Shown: positions 9,823 through 20,714 of the stretch, piece after piece | How positions within the stretch are numbered: position 1 is the stretch's first letter | Layout of the letters: each line of letters begins with the position of its first letter | Source of the DNA: Candidatus Moraniibacteriota bacterium | GTDB taxonomy: Bacteria; Patescibacteriota; Minisyncoccia; Moranbacterales; GCA-2747515 | Assembly (NCBI GenBank): GCA_942490825.1 | Contig: CALNYG010000013.1 | Location: 125,281-189,280 of the forward strand | DNA length: 64,000 nucleotides | Direction of reading: 5' to 3' | The notes under the pieces: model-generated | Told to the model about the DNA's origin: nothing | The model's input: only the letters and a program-made list of their open reading frames with translations | Databases searched by the model: none | Position numbers and translations under genes: made by a program

Positions 9823-10509
9823 ATGGCAAAACTAATCCTTGTTCGACACGGAGAATCACAATGGAATAAAAAACATATCTTTGCTGGTTGGGTAGATATA
9901 ACTTTAACCAGAAAAGGAATTGATGAAATTCAAGAACTTGCAAAAAAATTAAACAAAATAGAATTTGATGTAATGTTTACTTCATGTCTTGAGCGAGCAC
10001 AAGCAACATTATTACTAATCGCATCAGAACAAGACAAATGTGCAACTTTTATGCATCAAGGAGAAAAGTACAAAGCTAAAGCAGATAGCAATCACCGAAT
10101 ACCTATTTACGCATATCCAGAATTGAACGAAAGATATTACGGTTTATTACAAGGAATGAAAAAAGATGAGGCACGAGAGAAGTTTGGAGAAGAACAAGTT
10201 TATCAATGGCGACGATCATATAAAGCACAACCACCAGAAGGTGAAAGTTTGCAGGAAGTTTGTTGTCGAGTGAGTGAATTTTTTGATAGAAAAATTAAAC
10301 CACTTTTAGCTACAGATAAAAATATTTTAATTAGTGCTCACGGAAATAGTTTGCGAGCATTAGTTAAATACATTGATAACATTTCAGATGAAAAAGTTGC
10401 TCATCTTGAGTTTGCACCAGGAGATATGATTTCATATTCTATAGAAGAAGGAAAATTAATTAAAGATAATGGAGATCATGAGTTTACGCGACCTTTAGGT
10501 TGGAAATAA
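9823..10509 (+). CDS. gpmA: 2,3-bisphosphoglycerate-dependent phosphoglycerate mutase
   Basis: LVRHGESQWN histidine-phosphatase signature. Confidence 0.85.
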   Translation: MAKLILVRHGESQWNKKHIFAGWVDITLTRKGIDEIQELAKKLNKIEFDVMFTSCLERAQATLLLIASEQDKCATFMHQGEKYKAKADSNHRIPIYAYPELNERYYGLLQGMKKDEAREKFGEEQVYQWRRSYKAQPPEGESLQEVCCRVSEFFDRKIKPLLATDKNILISAHGNSLRALVKYIDNISDEKVAHLEFAPGDMISYSIEEGKLIKDNGDHEFTRPLGWK

Positions 10510-10552
10510 ATTAGTAGCTTGTAATCAATAGACCTTTTGCAAAATTTAATTT

Positions 10553-10708
10553 ATGTCATTTCGACTGGAATGTAGCGGAGCGGAGAAAGCACAAAGCTTA
10601 AAGTTTTTAGAAAATTACAAAGTTTTAAGATCTCCTAGAGGATATTCTCCGTCTGCGATATTAATCTTATTTCTCGACTTCGCTATTGCCACTGATCGAG
10701 ATGAGAAT
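10553..10708. repeat. Miniature inverted-repeat family 2 (ATGTCATTTCGACTGGAA ... TCGAGATGAGAAT)
   Basis: About 155 bp, aligns along its length with 46070-46196. The termini are inverted (about 14 of 18). The predicted ORF 10553..10744 is this repeat, not a gene. Confidence 0.5.
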
Positions 10709-10815
10709 ACAAGAGTTTTTCGTAATAAGTTTAATAAATTATAGTTATATTTTTAGAATTAAAATTTATAAGTTTAATTTTAGTTTTGAAAAATGTTTTT
10801 TAAATTGTGTATCAT

Positions 10816-10833
10816 AGCCCGTGCGGCGAGCAC
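10816..10833 (+). promoter_or_regulatory. GC-rich motif, copy 3, 45 nt upstream of the exonuclease gene
   Basis: tgtatcatAGCCCGTGCGGCGAGCACttttt. Confidence 0.5.
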
Positions 10834-10877
10834 TTTTTATTGAATAAATTAAGTCATAAAATATTATAAAAAATAAA

Positions 10878-11600
10878 ATGAATAAAGAAAATTTACTATT
10901 TTTGGATGTAGAGGCAACTGGATTAGAGCGAGAAGATCGTTTGGTTCAGGTGGCTTATTCGTATAAAGGAGAAGAACAAGAACAAATGTTTAAGCCAGAA
11001 AATGAAGGGATGTGTGTGCGAGCGATGGAGGTAACGCATATTACAAATAAACATTTGGCGGATAAAGAATTATTTCAAGGATCAGATTTTTACCATAAAC
11101 TTGAAGAAATTTTAAAGAAAGATGAAACTATTTTTGTGGCACATAATACTCCTTACGATATTGGAATGATTGAAAAGGAAGGTTTGAAAGTAAATAAATT
11201 TATTGATACTTTTAAGCTTGCTCAACATTTAGATGAAAAAGCGGAAATACCTGCATATCGTTTACAATATTTACGTTATCATTATGGAATGGAAATTGAT
11301 GCGAGTGCTCACGACGCCTTGGGGGATGTTCGAGTTTTGGAAGTATTATTTGAAAAATATTATAAGGAGATGGTTGAAAATTCATCGCCTGAAGAAGTTT
11401 TGAAGGAGATGATAAAAATTTCTGGTGAACCGACTTTAATTAAGCGAATTAATTTTGGAAAACACAGTGGGGAATTGGTAGCCGACGTGGCTAAAAAAGA
11501 TTTAGGTTATCTTCGATGGCTTTTACAACAAAAAGAATTTGCGGCAACTAATGATGATGCGGACGCAGATTGGATTTATACTTTGAGAAAATATGTATAG
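10878..11600 (+). CDS. DnaQ-like 3'-5' exonuclease (DEDDh)
   Basis: Exo I (FLDVEATGL), Exo II (HNTPYD) and Exo III (HDALGD) motifs. Confidence 0.75.
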   Translation: MNKENLLFLDVEATGLEREDRLVQVAYSYKGEEQEQMFKPENEGMCVRAMEVTHITNKHLADKELFQGSDFYHKLEEILKKDETIFVAHNTPYDIGMIEKEGLKVNKFIDTFKLAQHLDEKAEIPAYRLQYLRYHYGMEIDASAHDALGDVRVLEVLFEKYYKEMVENSSPEEVLKEMIKISGEPTLIKRINFGKHSGELVADVAKKDLGYLRWLLQQKEFAATNDDADADWIYTLRKYV

Positions 11601-11720
11601 GTTTTTATGAAGAAATTATCTACAGTTTTAAATTTATTTGCAAAAAAGAATGTTTAGGTGTAATATAAAAATATATTCTCGTTTATAAAATAAAAATTTA
11701 ATTAATAAAAATAAAAGGTT

Positions 11721-12875
11721 ATGGGAAAAAATGCAAAAATTATTTTAGCATCTCTTGTTGTTATTTTCATTCTTATAGGTTTGGCAGTATTGTTTATTCA
11801 GAAACCATCAAAGGAAGTTATAAGTTTAGATGATGCTTTAAATGAATATTATGAATTAAGAGAGCAATTTGTTTTAGATTTAGTTTGTGGAGTGGAGGAC
11901 TTTGATAGTCCTCTAGTTAAGAAGGCTCAGTGCGATCCTTCAAAGATGAAAAAAGGTGAAATTATCAAGATTAATTTTTCAGGTTTAGTTATTGATGAAA
12001 AAGGGGATAGTATTGGTAATGCAAAAGTTACTGTAAATAATGGAAAGTCTTTTTATACTGAGAAAAATGGATATTTTAAAGAAGAAATAGAAGTTGATTC
12101 CATTAGGCAAGCTATAAATGTTGTTATTGATAAAGATGGATACTCTCCATTTAGGAATATATATTTTGCAAAGACGGTAGACAGTGAAGAAAAGACTATT
12201 ATGTTCCCAAAAGATTATTATGTTGAAAATATTATCTTAAGAGAAGCTGAAGTTAAGAAGGTTGAACTTGATGTTAAAAAAGATACTACTATAGTTTCAG
12301 ATAAACATCCGGGTCTATCAGTTACAATTCCTGCTGGAGGACTTGTAAATTCTAAGGGTGAAGTGGTGACAGGAGAGGTAGTTGGAGAAATTACATATCT
12401 CGATCCAAATGATTCAGATAACATGTTACTTGTTCCAGGATTTAACGGGGGAGATATGAAACAAATGGTTGGTATTGATAGGGAGGGTAACCAAGTTTTA
12501 ATTGAAAGTCAGGGATTGGTGTTTTTTCATCTAAAAGAAAGGGGCAGTGATGAAATTTTGCAACCACGTGAAGGTGTTAAGGTAACTATAACACAACCCA
12601 TCCCAGAAGAAGATTACATTAGAATGACAGATCCTAAGATTTTAAAAGAAGCACAATTTACAGAGGGGGAAGTCAAGTATTATGAAAATTTAGGAATAAC
12701 TAAAGATAAGACTGATGAGGAAAAGTTTAATATACGTTTAGATGAAGGTTTATTAGCATTGAATTATTGGCATTTTAACAAAAGAACAGGTTTGTGGGAG
12801 AGTTGGCCAATAAGGGATTTGGATACAGATCTTGAAAAGAAGATTTATATTATGAAAGTTCCAGCTTTTTATTAA
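11721..12875 (+). CDS. Hypothetical membrane-anchored protein
   Basis: N-terminal transmembrane helix. Has a carboxypeptidase-regulatory-like beta segment. No family assigned. Confidence 0.5.
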   Translation: MGKNAKIILASLVVIFILIGLAVLFIQKPSKEVISLDDALNEYYELREQFVLDLVCGVEDFDSPLVKKAQCDPSKMKKGEIIKINFSGLVIDEKGDSIGNAKVTVNNGKSFYTEKNGYFKEEIEVDSIRQAINVVIDKDGYSPFRNIYFAKTVDSEEKTIMFPKDYYVENIILREAEVKKVELDVKKDTTIVSDKHPGLSVTIPAGGLVNSKGEVVTGEVVGEITYLDPNDSDNMLLVPGFNGGDMKQMVGIDREGNQVLIESQGLVFFHLKERGSDEILQPREGVKVTITQPIPEEDYIRMTDPKILKEAQFTEGEVKYYENLGITKDKTDEEKFNIRLDEGLLALNYWHFNKRTGLWESWPIRDLDTDLEKKIYIMKVPAFY

Positions 12876-12897
12876 ATAATAATTAACTAAATTTACT

Positions 12898-14418
12898 ATG
12901 AAGAAAATACTTGCATTTTTCGTTTTAGCATTTTTAATGCAATTCGTTATACATGAAGATGCTTCTGCAAATATAGATAAGTCATATTGCAAAAGTGGAA
13001 AATCTTATGTTTCAGTTGTAACATCAGGAGGTGAATGTTCTAATAGTACTAATCCGAATTGCGATGACTCACCGGGAAATCATTATCCAGGTAGTCCAAA
13101 ATCATGCACTCCAGGTGATAATGTAAAAATTAGTCATTTTACTGTAAAGTGTCCTGATTGTGGACAAACTACAGTGCCTACTCCTCCTACTCCTCCTAGA
13201 AGAAGACCTTGTCCACCTTGGATTTGTCAACCAAAAACTCCAACAACTCCAACAACTCCAACAACTCCAACAACTCCAACATGTACAACATGTAATTGCT
13301 TAGGTACTTGTCCAGGAGTTTGTGGCTCTGCGAATGGCGAAGAATATCCATGGGATGCAGAAGGACCTACTGGACAGTTGTGTAGTTCAGGAACTTCAAG
13401 TCCAAGTCAGCCGTTATTTATTGAAGGCGGATATGGCCAAGGAGAGGGAGTGGAATGGACATGTACGGATGATGCACCAGGGAATACTTGTTCAGCATGG
13501 AGAGATACTCTTTGTGGAACAGTACCAAAAGAATTTACTGATCAATATTCTATTCCAGAAGCATGGACAAATAATGATACAGGGTATTTTTGTAAAGAAG
13601 GTGCGACATTAACTTCTGGTGTACCAGTATTTCCTGGTTCTGGTCAAATAGCTGAATGGAAGTGTGATGATGCAAGTGGTGAAGGAATGGAATGTTCTGC
13701 TACAAATAATACTGCAGGAGTGGTATGTCCAACAGAAAATTGGAGTGAGTTGACAAAAGAACAAATTATTGACAAAGGAGAAGAAGTATTATGTGGTCCA
13801 AATGGTGAATTAAAGGATAGTTCAAGTGTTTATGCAGATGATACTTATTGGAAATGGGAATGTGTTCCAAAAGGCTTACCAGAAGGTTCAAATCTTAATG
13901 ATTATTTCACAGAGTGTCAGGTTGAAAACTGTTTAGCGGAAACAACTTTCAATGAAGAAATTTATGTTAATTTTAAAGAGGGTGGAGGTGTAGATCCTGC
14001 TAAAGTTTTTGTAGAAAGTGCATGTTCAGATTTATGTTGTACATATACTAATGACAGTGATGGTGCATCTATAAATACTTGTGATTCTGATAACTTAAAA
14101 AGTGGAGAAATAGTTCTAGATGGTCACCCAGATCAAATTACAAGAGAATGTACAGGAGGCCCTGGTGACGATGACGATGACGACGATGACGACGATGATG
14201 ACGACGACTGTGATGAGCTTTGTCCTGGCAGTGATTGTCCAGCAAGTTGTACGAAAAATTTTACTATTCAATGTGTATGTACAGCAAATAAATGTTCAAA
14301 TGGATCTTGTGTCGCAACTCCAGTTTTTGCAACTTCAATTAAAGATGCTAATTGTACAGGTGAATGTTCTTCAGACTCTGACTGTGGAGGCGGAGGAAGT
14401 ATTACAGAAACTAACTAG
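12898..14418 (+). CDS. Secreted cysteine-rich protein with (PTT)n and poly-Asp tracts
   Basis: Signal peptide and more than 40 Cys. A PTTPTTPTTPTTPT repeat at 13240-13278 and a D14 tract at 14167-14212. Confidence 0.6.
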   Translation: MKKILAFFVLAFLMQFVIHEDASANIDKSYCKSGKSYVSVVTSGGECSNSTNPNCDDSPGNHYPGSPKSCTPGDNVKISHFTVKCPDCGQTTVPTPPTPPRRRPCPPWICQPKTPTTPTTPTTPTTPTCTTCNCLGTCPGVCGSANGEEYPWDAEGPTGQLCSSGTSSPSQPLFIEGGYGQGEGVEWTCTDDAPGNTCSAWRDTLCGTVPKEFTDQYSIPEAWTNNDTGYFCKEGATLTSGVPVFPGSGQIAEWKCDDASGEGMECSATNNTAGVVCPTENWSELTKEQIIDKGEEVLCGPNGELKDSSSVYADDTYWKWECVPKGLPEGSNLNDYFTECQVENCLAETTFNEEIYVNFKEGGGVDPAKVFVESACSDLCCTYTNDSDGASINTCDSDNLKSGEIVLDGHPDQITRECTGGPGDDDDDDDDDDDDDDCDELCPGSDCPASCTKNFTIQCVCTANKCSNGSCVATPVFATSIKDANCTGECSSDSDCGGGGSITETN

Positions 14419-14444
14419 TTTATTAATTAACTAGGAGCTTTAAA

Positions 14445-14470
14445 AAACCACTCTTTTGAGTGGTTTTTTA
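14445..14470 (+). terminator. Hairpin terminator (AAAACCACTC-tttt-GAGTGGTTTT)
   Basis: 10-bp stem plus a T-run after the stop at 14418. Confidence 0.5.
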
Positions 14471-14506
14471 TATGAAGTGAATGATTATATGTTATAATTA
14501 AAACCT

Positions 14507-15217
14507 ATGAATTTTCACATAATTACAATTTTTCCAGATATTTTCGATTCTTACTTTTTAGAGTCGATTATTGGACGAGCCCAAAAAGAAGGTTTAATTA
14601 ATATTAAAACTTACAACTTGCGTGACTTTTCTGAGAATAAACATAAAAATGTTGATGATACGCCATATGGTGGAGGAGCCGGAATGGTTATGAACGTGGA
14701 GCCTATTTTCAAAGCAGTTGAAAATATTAAGAAAACTATAATTTCTGAAGGACGAGACATTAAAAAAGTTAGGACAATTTTATTTGCTGCAAAAGGAAAG
14801 AAATATTCCCAGCGAGATGTGGTTCGTTTTAATAATAATTTTACTGATTTAATTTTAATTTGCGGACGGTATGAAGGTGTGGATGAAAGGGTCATTCAAC
14901 ATATTGCAGATGAAGAAATTTCTATTGGAGAATATGTTTTAACTGGAGGGGAAATTCCGGCAATGGTTTTGGTTGATTCTGTTTCTCGGTTAGTACCAGA
15001 TGTTTTAGGAAATAAAGAATCTTTAAGTGAAGAAAGTTTTTCTTTTAGCGAAAATTTAAATGATTCTAAAAATTTAAAAGTTACTAAAAGCTTGGAGTAT
15101 CCACAATATACTAAACCTAGAGAATTTAATGGTTGGGAAGTTCCAGAGATTTTATTGAGTGGTGATCACGGGAAGATTGATAAATGGAGGGCGGAAAATA
15201 GAAAGTTAGAAAGGTAG
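14507..15217 (+). CDS. trmD: tRNA (guanine37-N1)-methyltransferase
   Basis: N-terminal FHIITIFPDIF and the SPOUT knot motifs. Confidence 0.85.
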   Translation: MNFHIITIFPDIFDSYFLESIIGRAQKEGLINIKTYNLRDFSENKHKNVDDTPYGGGAGMVMNVEPIFKAVENIKKTIISEGRDIKKVRTILFAAKGKKYSQRDVVRFNNNFTDLILICGRYEGVDERVIQHIADEEISIGEYVLTGGEIPAMVLVDSVSRLVPDVLGNKESLSEESFSFSENLNDSKNLKVTKSLEYPQYTKPREFNGWEVPEILLSGDHGKIDKWRAENRKLER

Positions 15218-15230
15218 ATGTTTAGGTTAT

Positions 15231-15373
15231 GTAGAGATATTGCACTGCAATGTCTTTGAATGGATAGGGCTTGCATTGCGTTGCATGTTTCAAAATTTAA
15301 GATTCCGGATAAATTATTTTCTAATTCATCACTTCGTTCTGAAAGAAAATATATTTTCCAGAATGACATATCT
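15231..15373. repeat. Miniature inverted-repeat family 1 copy (hairpin GTAGAGATATTGCActgcAATGTCT plus the short GATTCCGGATAAA...CCAGAATGACAT unit)
   Basis: Same architecture as 1710 and 57214. The hairpin stem shows compensatory changes relative to the other copies. Confidence 0.45.
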
Positions 15374-15416
15374 GAGAGTTTGTGGATTTTGTAGGGGTTG
15401 AAAATTTTCAACCCAA

Positions 15417-15436
15417 AAAGCCTGTGCGGCGAGCAC
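15417..15436 (+). promoter_or_regulatory. GC-rich motif, copy 4 (AAAGCCtGTGCGGCGAGCAC), about 185 nt upstream of proB
   Basis: One mismatch to the consensus. Followed by a T6 run. Confidence 0.45.
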
Positions 15437-15621
15437 TTTTTTGATTTGATTTTATTTGTGAAGAGTGTAGAATAGATTGTGTATTAGAAAAATTTATTTT
15501 TATGATTATTTTGATGTCAGAAAATTTGCTTAAAAATAATATTCCCGTTGGGGTATTAAATAAATGATAGAGTTTATAGACTCTAGATTTTTTGGCGAAT
15601 TTAATGATTTAAAAAATAATT

Positions 15622-16404
15622 ATGAAAAAACGAAAAAGGATTGTTCTTAAGATAGGAACACTATCTCTTTTGGATGATAACAGGAACATTTCTAAAAGTA
15701 AAATTGAAAAATTTTGTGATTTTATTATCAAGCTTCAAAAAGAATATGAAGTTATTTTAGTTTCTTCTGGTGCAGTTGGATTTGGTTATAGTCAGTTAAA
15801 ATTAGACAGGAGTAAATTGGGAAATAAACAGGCGTTGGCAGCAATCGGACAATCTTTGTTGATGAATGAATATAATAAAAACTTTGATAAAAATAATATT
15901 CTAATAGCACAAATTCTTTTAAAAAAGTCTAATTTTTTAGAAAAGGAAAGTTTAGAGAATGTTTCGCGTACAATAAAAATTTTGTTATCAAAAAATGTCA
16001 TTCCTATTATTAATGAGAATGATTCGGTGGCGACGGAAGAATTAGTTTTTGGTGATAATGATAATTTGGCAGCTTATTGTGCTAAATATTTTAATGCAGA
16101 ACTTTTGGTTTTAATTACTGACATTGATGCACTTTATGATAAAGATCCAAGTGCATACACAGATTCTAAAAAAATTGAAAAGCTTGATTTTATTTCTGAA
16201 AAACTTTTGGAGGATAATGAAAATAGTCAAAAGGGTGATTTGGCGATGGGCGGTATTTATACTAAACTAAAAGCAGTAGAATTTTTGTTGAAAAATGATA
16301 TTGATACTTTCTTGACGAGTAATTCTTTGATTGATGTAAAAAACTTGTTATTGAAAAATAAACAGACGGGAGGAACTTTGTTTTCAAAAAATTTAAATAG
16401 TTAA
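15622..16404 (+). CDS. proB: Glutamate 5-kinase (no PUA domain)
   Basis: Amino-acid kinase motifs (VLKIGT, SSGAVGFG, GDNDNLAA, ITDIDALY). Confidence 0.8.
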   Translation: MKKRKRIVLKIGTLSLLDDNRNISKSKIEKFCDFIIKLQKEYEVILVSSGAVGFGYSQLKLDRSKLGNKQALAAIGQSLLMNEYNKNFDKNNILIAQILLKKSNFLEKESLENVSRTIKILLSKNVIPIINENDSVATEELVFGDNDNLAAYCAKYFNAELLVLITDIDALYDKDPSAYTDSKKIEKLDFISEKLLEDNENSQKGDLAMGGIYTKLKAVEFLLKNDIDTFLTSNSLIDVKNLLLKNKQTGGTLFSKNLNS

Positions 16405-16413
16405 TTCAAAAAT

Positions 16414-16881
16414 ATGAATAAATTGAAAAAAATATTTCAGATTAATTTTTTAATTTTTGGGATTGCAATTATTTCTGGATGTGGTTATAGTAATGATTTG
16501 GTTATTGTTGACGATATGCAGGATAATGCAATAGTGGAAGATAATAAATCTTGTCAGGTTAATAGTGATTGTGTTCCGGCGAGTTGTTGTCATGCAAATG
16601 ATGTTGTAAATAAAGAAAATACTCCTAGTTGTGAGAATTTGAAATGTACGGCATCTTGTGAAACGATTTTGGATTGTGGTCAAGGTAGACCAGTTTGTAA
16701 TGATGGTCAGTGTGAGATTGAGAGGAATGTTGAGAATAATTTAGGAATTGAGGAAATTGAAGAAATTGATAATATTAATATTATCAAAGCTTGTACAAAA
16801 GATGTAAGGGTTTGTTCAGATGGGGATGTAGTTGGAAGGAGTCCAGAAAATAATTGTGAGTTTTACTCTTGTAATAATTAA
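16414..16881 (+). CDS. Cys-rich lipoprotein
   Basis: ISGC lipobox and 16 Cys. Confidence 0.5.
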   Translation: MNKLKKIFQINFLIFGIAIISGCGYSNDLVIVDDMQDNAIVEDNKSCQVNSDCVPASCCHANDVVNKENTPSCENLKCTASCETILDCGQGRPVCNDGQCEIERNVENNLGIEEIEEIDNINIIKACTKDVRVCSDGDVVGRSPENNCEFYSCNN

Positions 16882-16926
16882 TTCACTTTTAATTTTAAAT
16901 AAATTTAATCTAATAATTATAAATAT

Positions 16927-18599
16927 ATGAAACAATCAAAAATATTTGGAAAAAGTATCAAAGAAATTCCAGTTGGAGTTTCGACAAAAAATCATGAGTT
17001 TTTATATCGTGGTGGATTTATTCGTGAGTCAGTTGCAGGAAGGTATTATTTTTTACCATTAGGAATGCGAGTACATGATAAGTTAGTAAAGCTTATTGAA
17101 AAAGAAATGGATAAAACAGGAGCACAAAAAATTGTTACTCCAACTTTACACCAGCTTGAACTTTGGAAAGAAACTAATCGAACAGATACAGCAGGTTTTG
17201 AATTAATGACGGTAAAAGATCGACGAGGGGCGGATTTTGCATTGGGCGGAACTGCTGAAGAAATGATTGTTGATTTAGTGCGAAAATTTAATATTAGTTA
17301 CAAAGATTTACCATTTAATATTTATCAATTTTCTAATAAATTTCGTGATGAGATGCGGGCAAGAGGTGGGCTTTTGCGGGTGCGAGAATTTGTGATGAAG
17401 GACGCTTATTCTTTTCACACTGATGAAGAAGATTTCAAGCGAGAGTATAAATTGATGGGAGAAACTTATAAAACTATTTTTGAAAAGTGTGGATTGAAAA
17501 CTTATTCAGTTCTTGCGGATAATGGTTATATTGGCGGTGAGTATTGTCATGAATTGGTCGTGGAATCTGCAATTGGCGAGTCAGACTTTTTTGTTTCCGA
17601 AGATGGGAAATATGTTGCTCATGAGGATGTAGCGGAATTTGATCGTGGCGAGATTAATTATGATGATGAAGTGAAAGAAATAGAAAATATCGAACAGCCA
17701 GAGTGGGTGAAAACAATGGAAGATAATGTAAAACATTATAAATTGCCAGCTTCAAGATTTTTGAAAAATGTTGTTTATCAAAATACAACAAATGGAGAAT
17801 TAATTATTGTAGTGATTCGCGGAGATTTGGAAGTTAATAAAACTAAGCTTGAATCGAAATTAAAGTTAGTTGGTCAGTTGGAAGCGGCAACCGATGAGGA
17901 TTTAGAAAAATTGGAACAAAGAGTGGCTGGGTTCATTCTTGGGGGCATGATGCAAAATATGTTGGTGATATTTCTTTGAAGAGCGTGAAAAATTTTATTG
18001 GCGGTCAGAAGGAAGAAAAAGTTGATACAATCAATGTTAATTATGGACGTGATTTTGAATGTGAGGTTTTGGATGATTTTGCATTGGCACAAGATGGATT
18101 TATGAAAGATGGTCAAAAATTGATTGCGAAAAAAGGTGTTGAGGTTGGAAATATTTTTCAATTAGGACATCATTATTCTAAATTGATGAATGCAACTTTC
18201 ACAAATAAAGATGGTAAGGATGAATTTTATTATATGGGTTGTTATGGAATTGGTGTTGGACGAACGATGGCGACGATTGCAGAACTTCATCATGACGAAA
18301 ATGGTATTATTTGGCCAGAAAATTTAGCACCGTTTAAGATTCACCTATTGAGTTTGAATGTGAATGAAAAAGCGGAAGAAATTTATCAGCAACTTTTAGA
18401 TAATGATGTGGAGGTTCTTTTTGATGAACGTGATGTGCGTCCGGGGCAGAAGTTTGCGGATAGTGATTTGATTGGTATTCCTTATCGTGTGGTGGTGAGT
18501 GAGAGGTCTTTGGAGGCTGGTGGTTTGGAGGTTAAGAAGAGGGATGAGAAAGATGGAAAGATTATGAGCGTTGAGGAGGTTTTGGAGATGGTTAAATAA
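16927..18599 (+). CDS. proS: Prolyl-tRNA synthetase, interrupted by a 1-nt frameshift
   Basis: The N-terminal ORF has class II motifs 1 and 2; the C-terminal ORF has motif 3 (GCYGIGVGR) and the anticodon-binding domain. The frames join if the G5 run at 17941-17945 is read as G6. Confidence 0.75.
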
Positions 18600-18628
18600 A
18601 AATTTAATAATTAAAATATAAATAAAAA

Positions 18629-20692
18629 ATGAAAAATAAAAGTTTTTTGAAAGTAATAGGATTATCGCTGTTTTTTTATATTGTTACAATAATATCATCG
18701 ATTATTTTATGGTATATAATTCTTCATGTTCTTACTCCAATTTCTGAATGGTGGACGGCAGACATAGAAGTAGTTTTTCAAACAGTTTTTATAGTTATTG
18801 TTTTAGGTATGATGCCTGCTTTTGGTGGAAGTTTGAGTATTTTAGGTATTCCATTTGGCACTTCTATATTATTATTTTCAATAATATTTGTGATGGTTTA
18901 TTTTTTAGAAAGAAAAAGTATTATAACAAATAATTTGAGAAAATTTGTTAAAACATTTGTAGCTTTGATAATTATTCTTTTAATTTTAATTTTATTTGAT
19001 GTTATAATTGGTTATTCTCATAATAAAAAAAGTGATGCAGACTGGAAGTATTATCATTCAAATTACACATTTAGTGAGCCAATAAAATCTGAGTATATGT
19101 TTGTATATTCAGAAGATAACAATATTATAGTTAGTGATATTTATGGAAAAAATAAAAAGAAATTATTTACGTTAAAAGTAGATAGTATCAGTAAATATAA
19201 AAAAATAGGCAATATATCTCCACAAGGAAATTATTATATGAATTGTAAAGAATTTGGTGGAAATAGTTGTGAAAAATTACTTTCTGTGGATGATCAAAAA
19301 GAGACTGATTTATGTGTTGTTGAGAGGCGTAGTTTTTTGAAAGAGGGCGAGATCGATAAAGTATGTCCAAATCAGTGTGAATGGTCTCCTAATGAAGCTA
19401 CTTTTTTATGTGAATATAATTTTAGTGAAAAAAATAAACAAACTCAAAGATCTGAAGATTGGTCAGCTTTAGTTTTGTTTGATATTGAGAGAAGCAATCA
19501 TCATTTTATATATAACAATCCCTCATTGAAAGATTCTGATTACAAAATGAAAGATGGATTTACATATATAGATAGTAATTCTTTTGTATATTTAAATAAA
19601 TCTAAATTATTTTTAGCTGAAGACATCAAAAATATTAATAACAAAAATATAAAATCGTCTCAATTATCAAATTTAACTGATTGTGGTAGTCCTATTTACA
19701 CTAATGGAAAATTATATTGTGTAATAGAGAGGGAATTTATCAATGAAAATGGTGATAATTTTTGGCTTGAGGATAAAGATGATTTTATAATAGCTCAAAC
19801 ATTAGATCAAAAAGATAAAGATGATTTTCAATATATAAATAAAGCTCCTTTGTGGAATATTGAATTTATATATCCCATGGGAGATAATTATTTTTTTGTA
19901 AAGACTTCTAGTGATGATATGATTTTGTCGTTAGAAAATGGATTAATAAGAAATGTGGGTGGAATTTGGGGTCGAGAGAATATGGATATCAATAAAGATG
20001 AAAATATTATTTTTAATAAAAAATATGAGTCAATGAGATTCTTGCCTAAAATATATATTGAAAAGAGTGATAATATGGAAGATGATAAAAGTGAAGAAAT
20101 AAAAAATTTAAATGAGGTATCTGATGGTATAAATAATGTTAAAAAAGAATCTAAAGAGGGGTTCATTAGCAGAAAGAGTGAAGTAGTAGAAAATTTATCT
20201 AGTAATGATAATATAAATTATACTATTGAGGGTAATGGAGAGAAAGAAAATGAAGAAAAGCATAATGGTAGTTTAGGTTATATAATTCCAAAAAAAAATG
20301 CAATTTCATGGACTTCTGGAAACAATGCTAAAGTTAACTTTGTAAAAGCTGAAATTACTAAAGAAAATACTAATGAGTATTTAGATTTGTATTTTGATGT
20401 TAAAACTAGTAATGATGGAGGTTATTGTTTTCAATCTATGGAACACTATTTAAGTGTGGTTAATATTGATGGTGATTTTATTTTTCCTGAAAGCGTTAGT
20501 GAAAATTGTATAAATAATAATTTAGAATTAAAAAATCAACTAGTTCGTTTTAATATTTCTAATAATTTCAGAGATAATTTTGATGTTTATAACAGAGGAA
20601 GAGATAGTAATGGTAAAGTTGAAAAGGTGATGTTGTTTAGTATTCAAAGGGATAATAAATCATTAAGTGTGGTTGGATATCCTCAAACGTAA
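18629..20692 (+). CDS. Hypothetical large membrane protein
   Basis: Four N-terminal transmembrane helices, then a 550-aa soluble region. No family recognised. Confidence 0.5.
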   Translation: MKNKSFLKVIGLSLFFYIVTIISSIILWYIILHVLTPISEWWTADIEVVFQTVFIVIVLGMMPAFGGSLSILGIPFGTSILLFSIIFVMVYFLERKSIITNNLRKFVKTFVALIIILLILILFDVIIGYSHNKKSDADWKYYHSNYTFSEPIKSEYMFVYSEDNNIIVSDIYGKNKKKLFTLKVDSISKYKKIGNISPQGNYYMNCKEFGGNSCEKLLSVDDQKETDLCVVERRSFLKEGEIDKVCPNQCEWSPNEATFLCEYNFSEKNKQTQRSEDWSALVLFDIERSNHHFIYNNPSLKDSDYKMKDGFTYIDSNSFVYLNKSKLFLAEDIKNINNKNIKSSQLSNLTDCGSPIYTNGKLYCVIEREFINENGDNFWLEDKDDFIIAQTLDQKDKDDFQYINKAPLWNIEFIYPMGDNYFFVKTSSDDMILSLENGLIRNVGGIWGRENMDINKDENIIFNKKYESMRFLPKIYIEKSDNMEDDKSEEIKNLNEVSDGINNVKKESKEGFISRKSEVVENLSSNDNINYTIEGNGEKENEEKHNGSLGYIIPKKNAISWTSGNNAKVNFVKAEITKENTNEYLDLYFDVKTSNDGGYCFQSMEHYLSVVNIDGDFIFPESVSENCINNNLELKNQLVRFNISNNFRDNFDVYNRGRDSNGKVEKVMLFSIQRDNKSLSVVGYPQT

Positions 20693-20714
20693 GTTTTTAA
20701 AATTTCAATAAGTT

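Noticed and set aside
10553-10744. 63-aa ORF beginning ATGTCATTTCGACTGG
   Set aside because: The sequence is a copy of the dispersed family 2 repeat (second copy at 46070, where it does not maintain the ORF). It is not treated as coding.
13322-14434. Alternative-frame ORFs 13322..13612 and 14120..14434 inside the Cys-rich protein gene
   Set aside because: They are embedded in, and on the same strand as, a longer ORF with coherent secreted-protein features. The 14120 ORF is just the poly-Asp repeat read in another frame.
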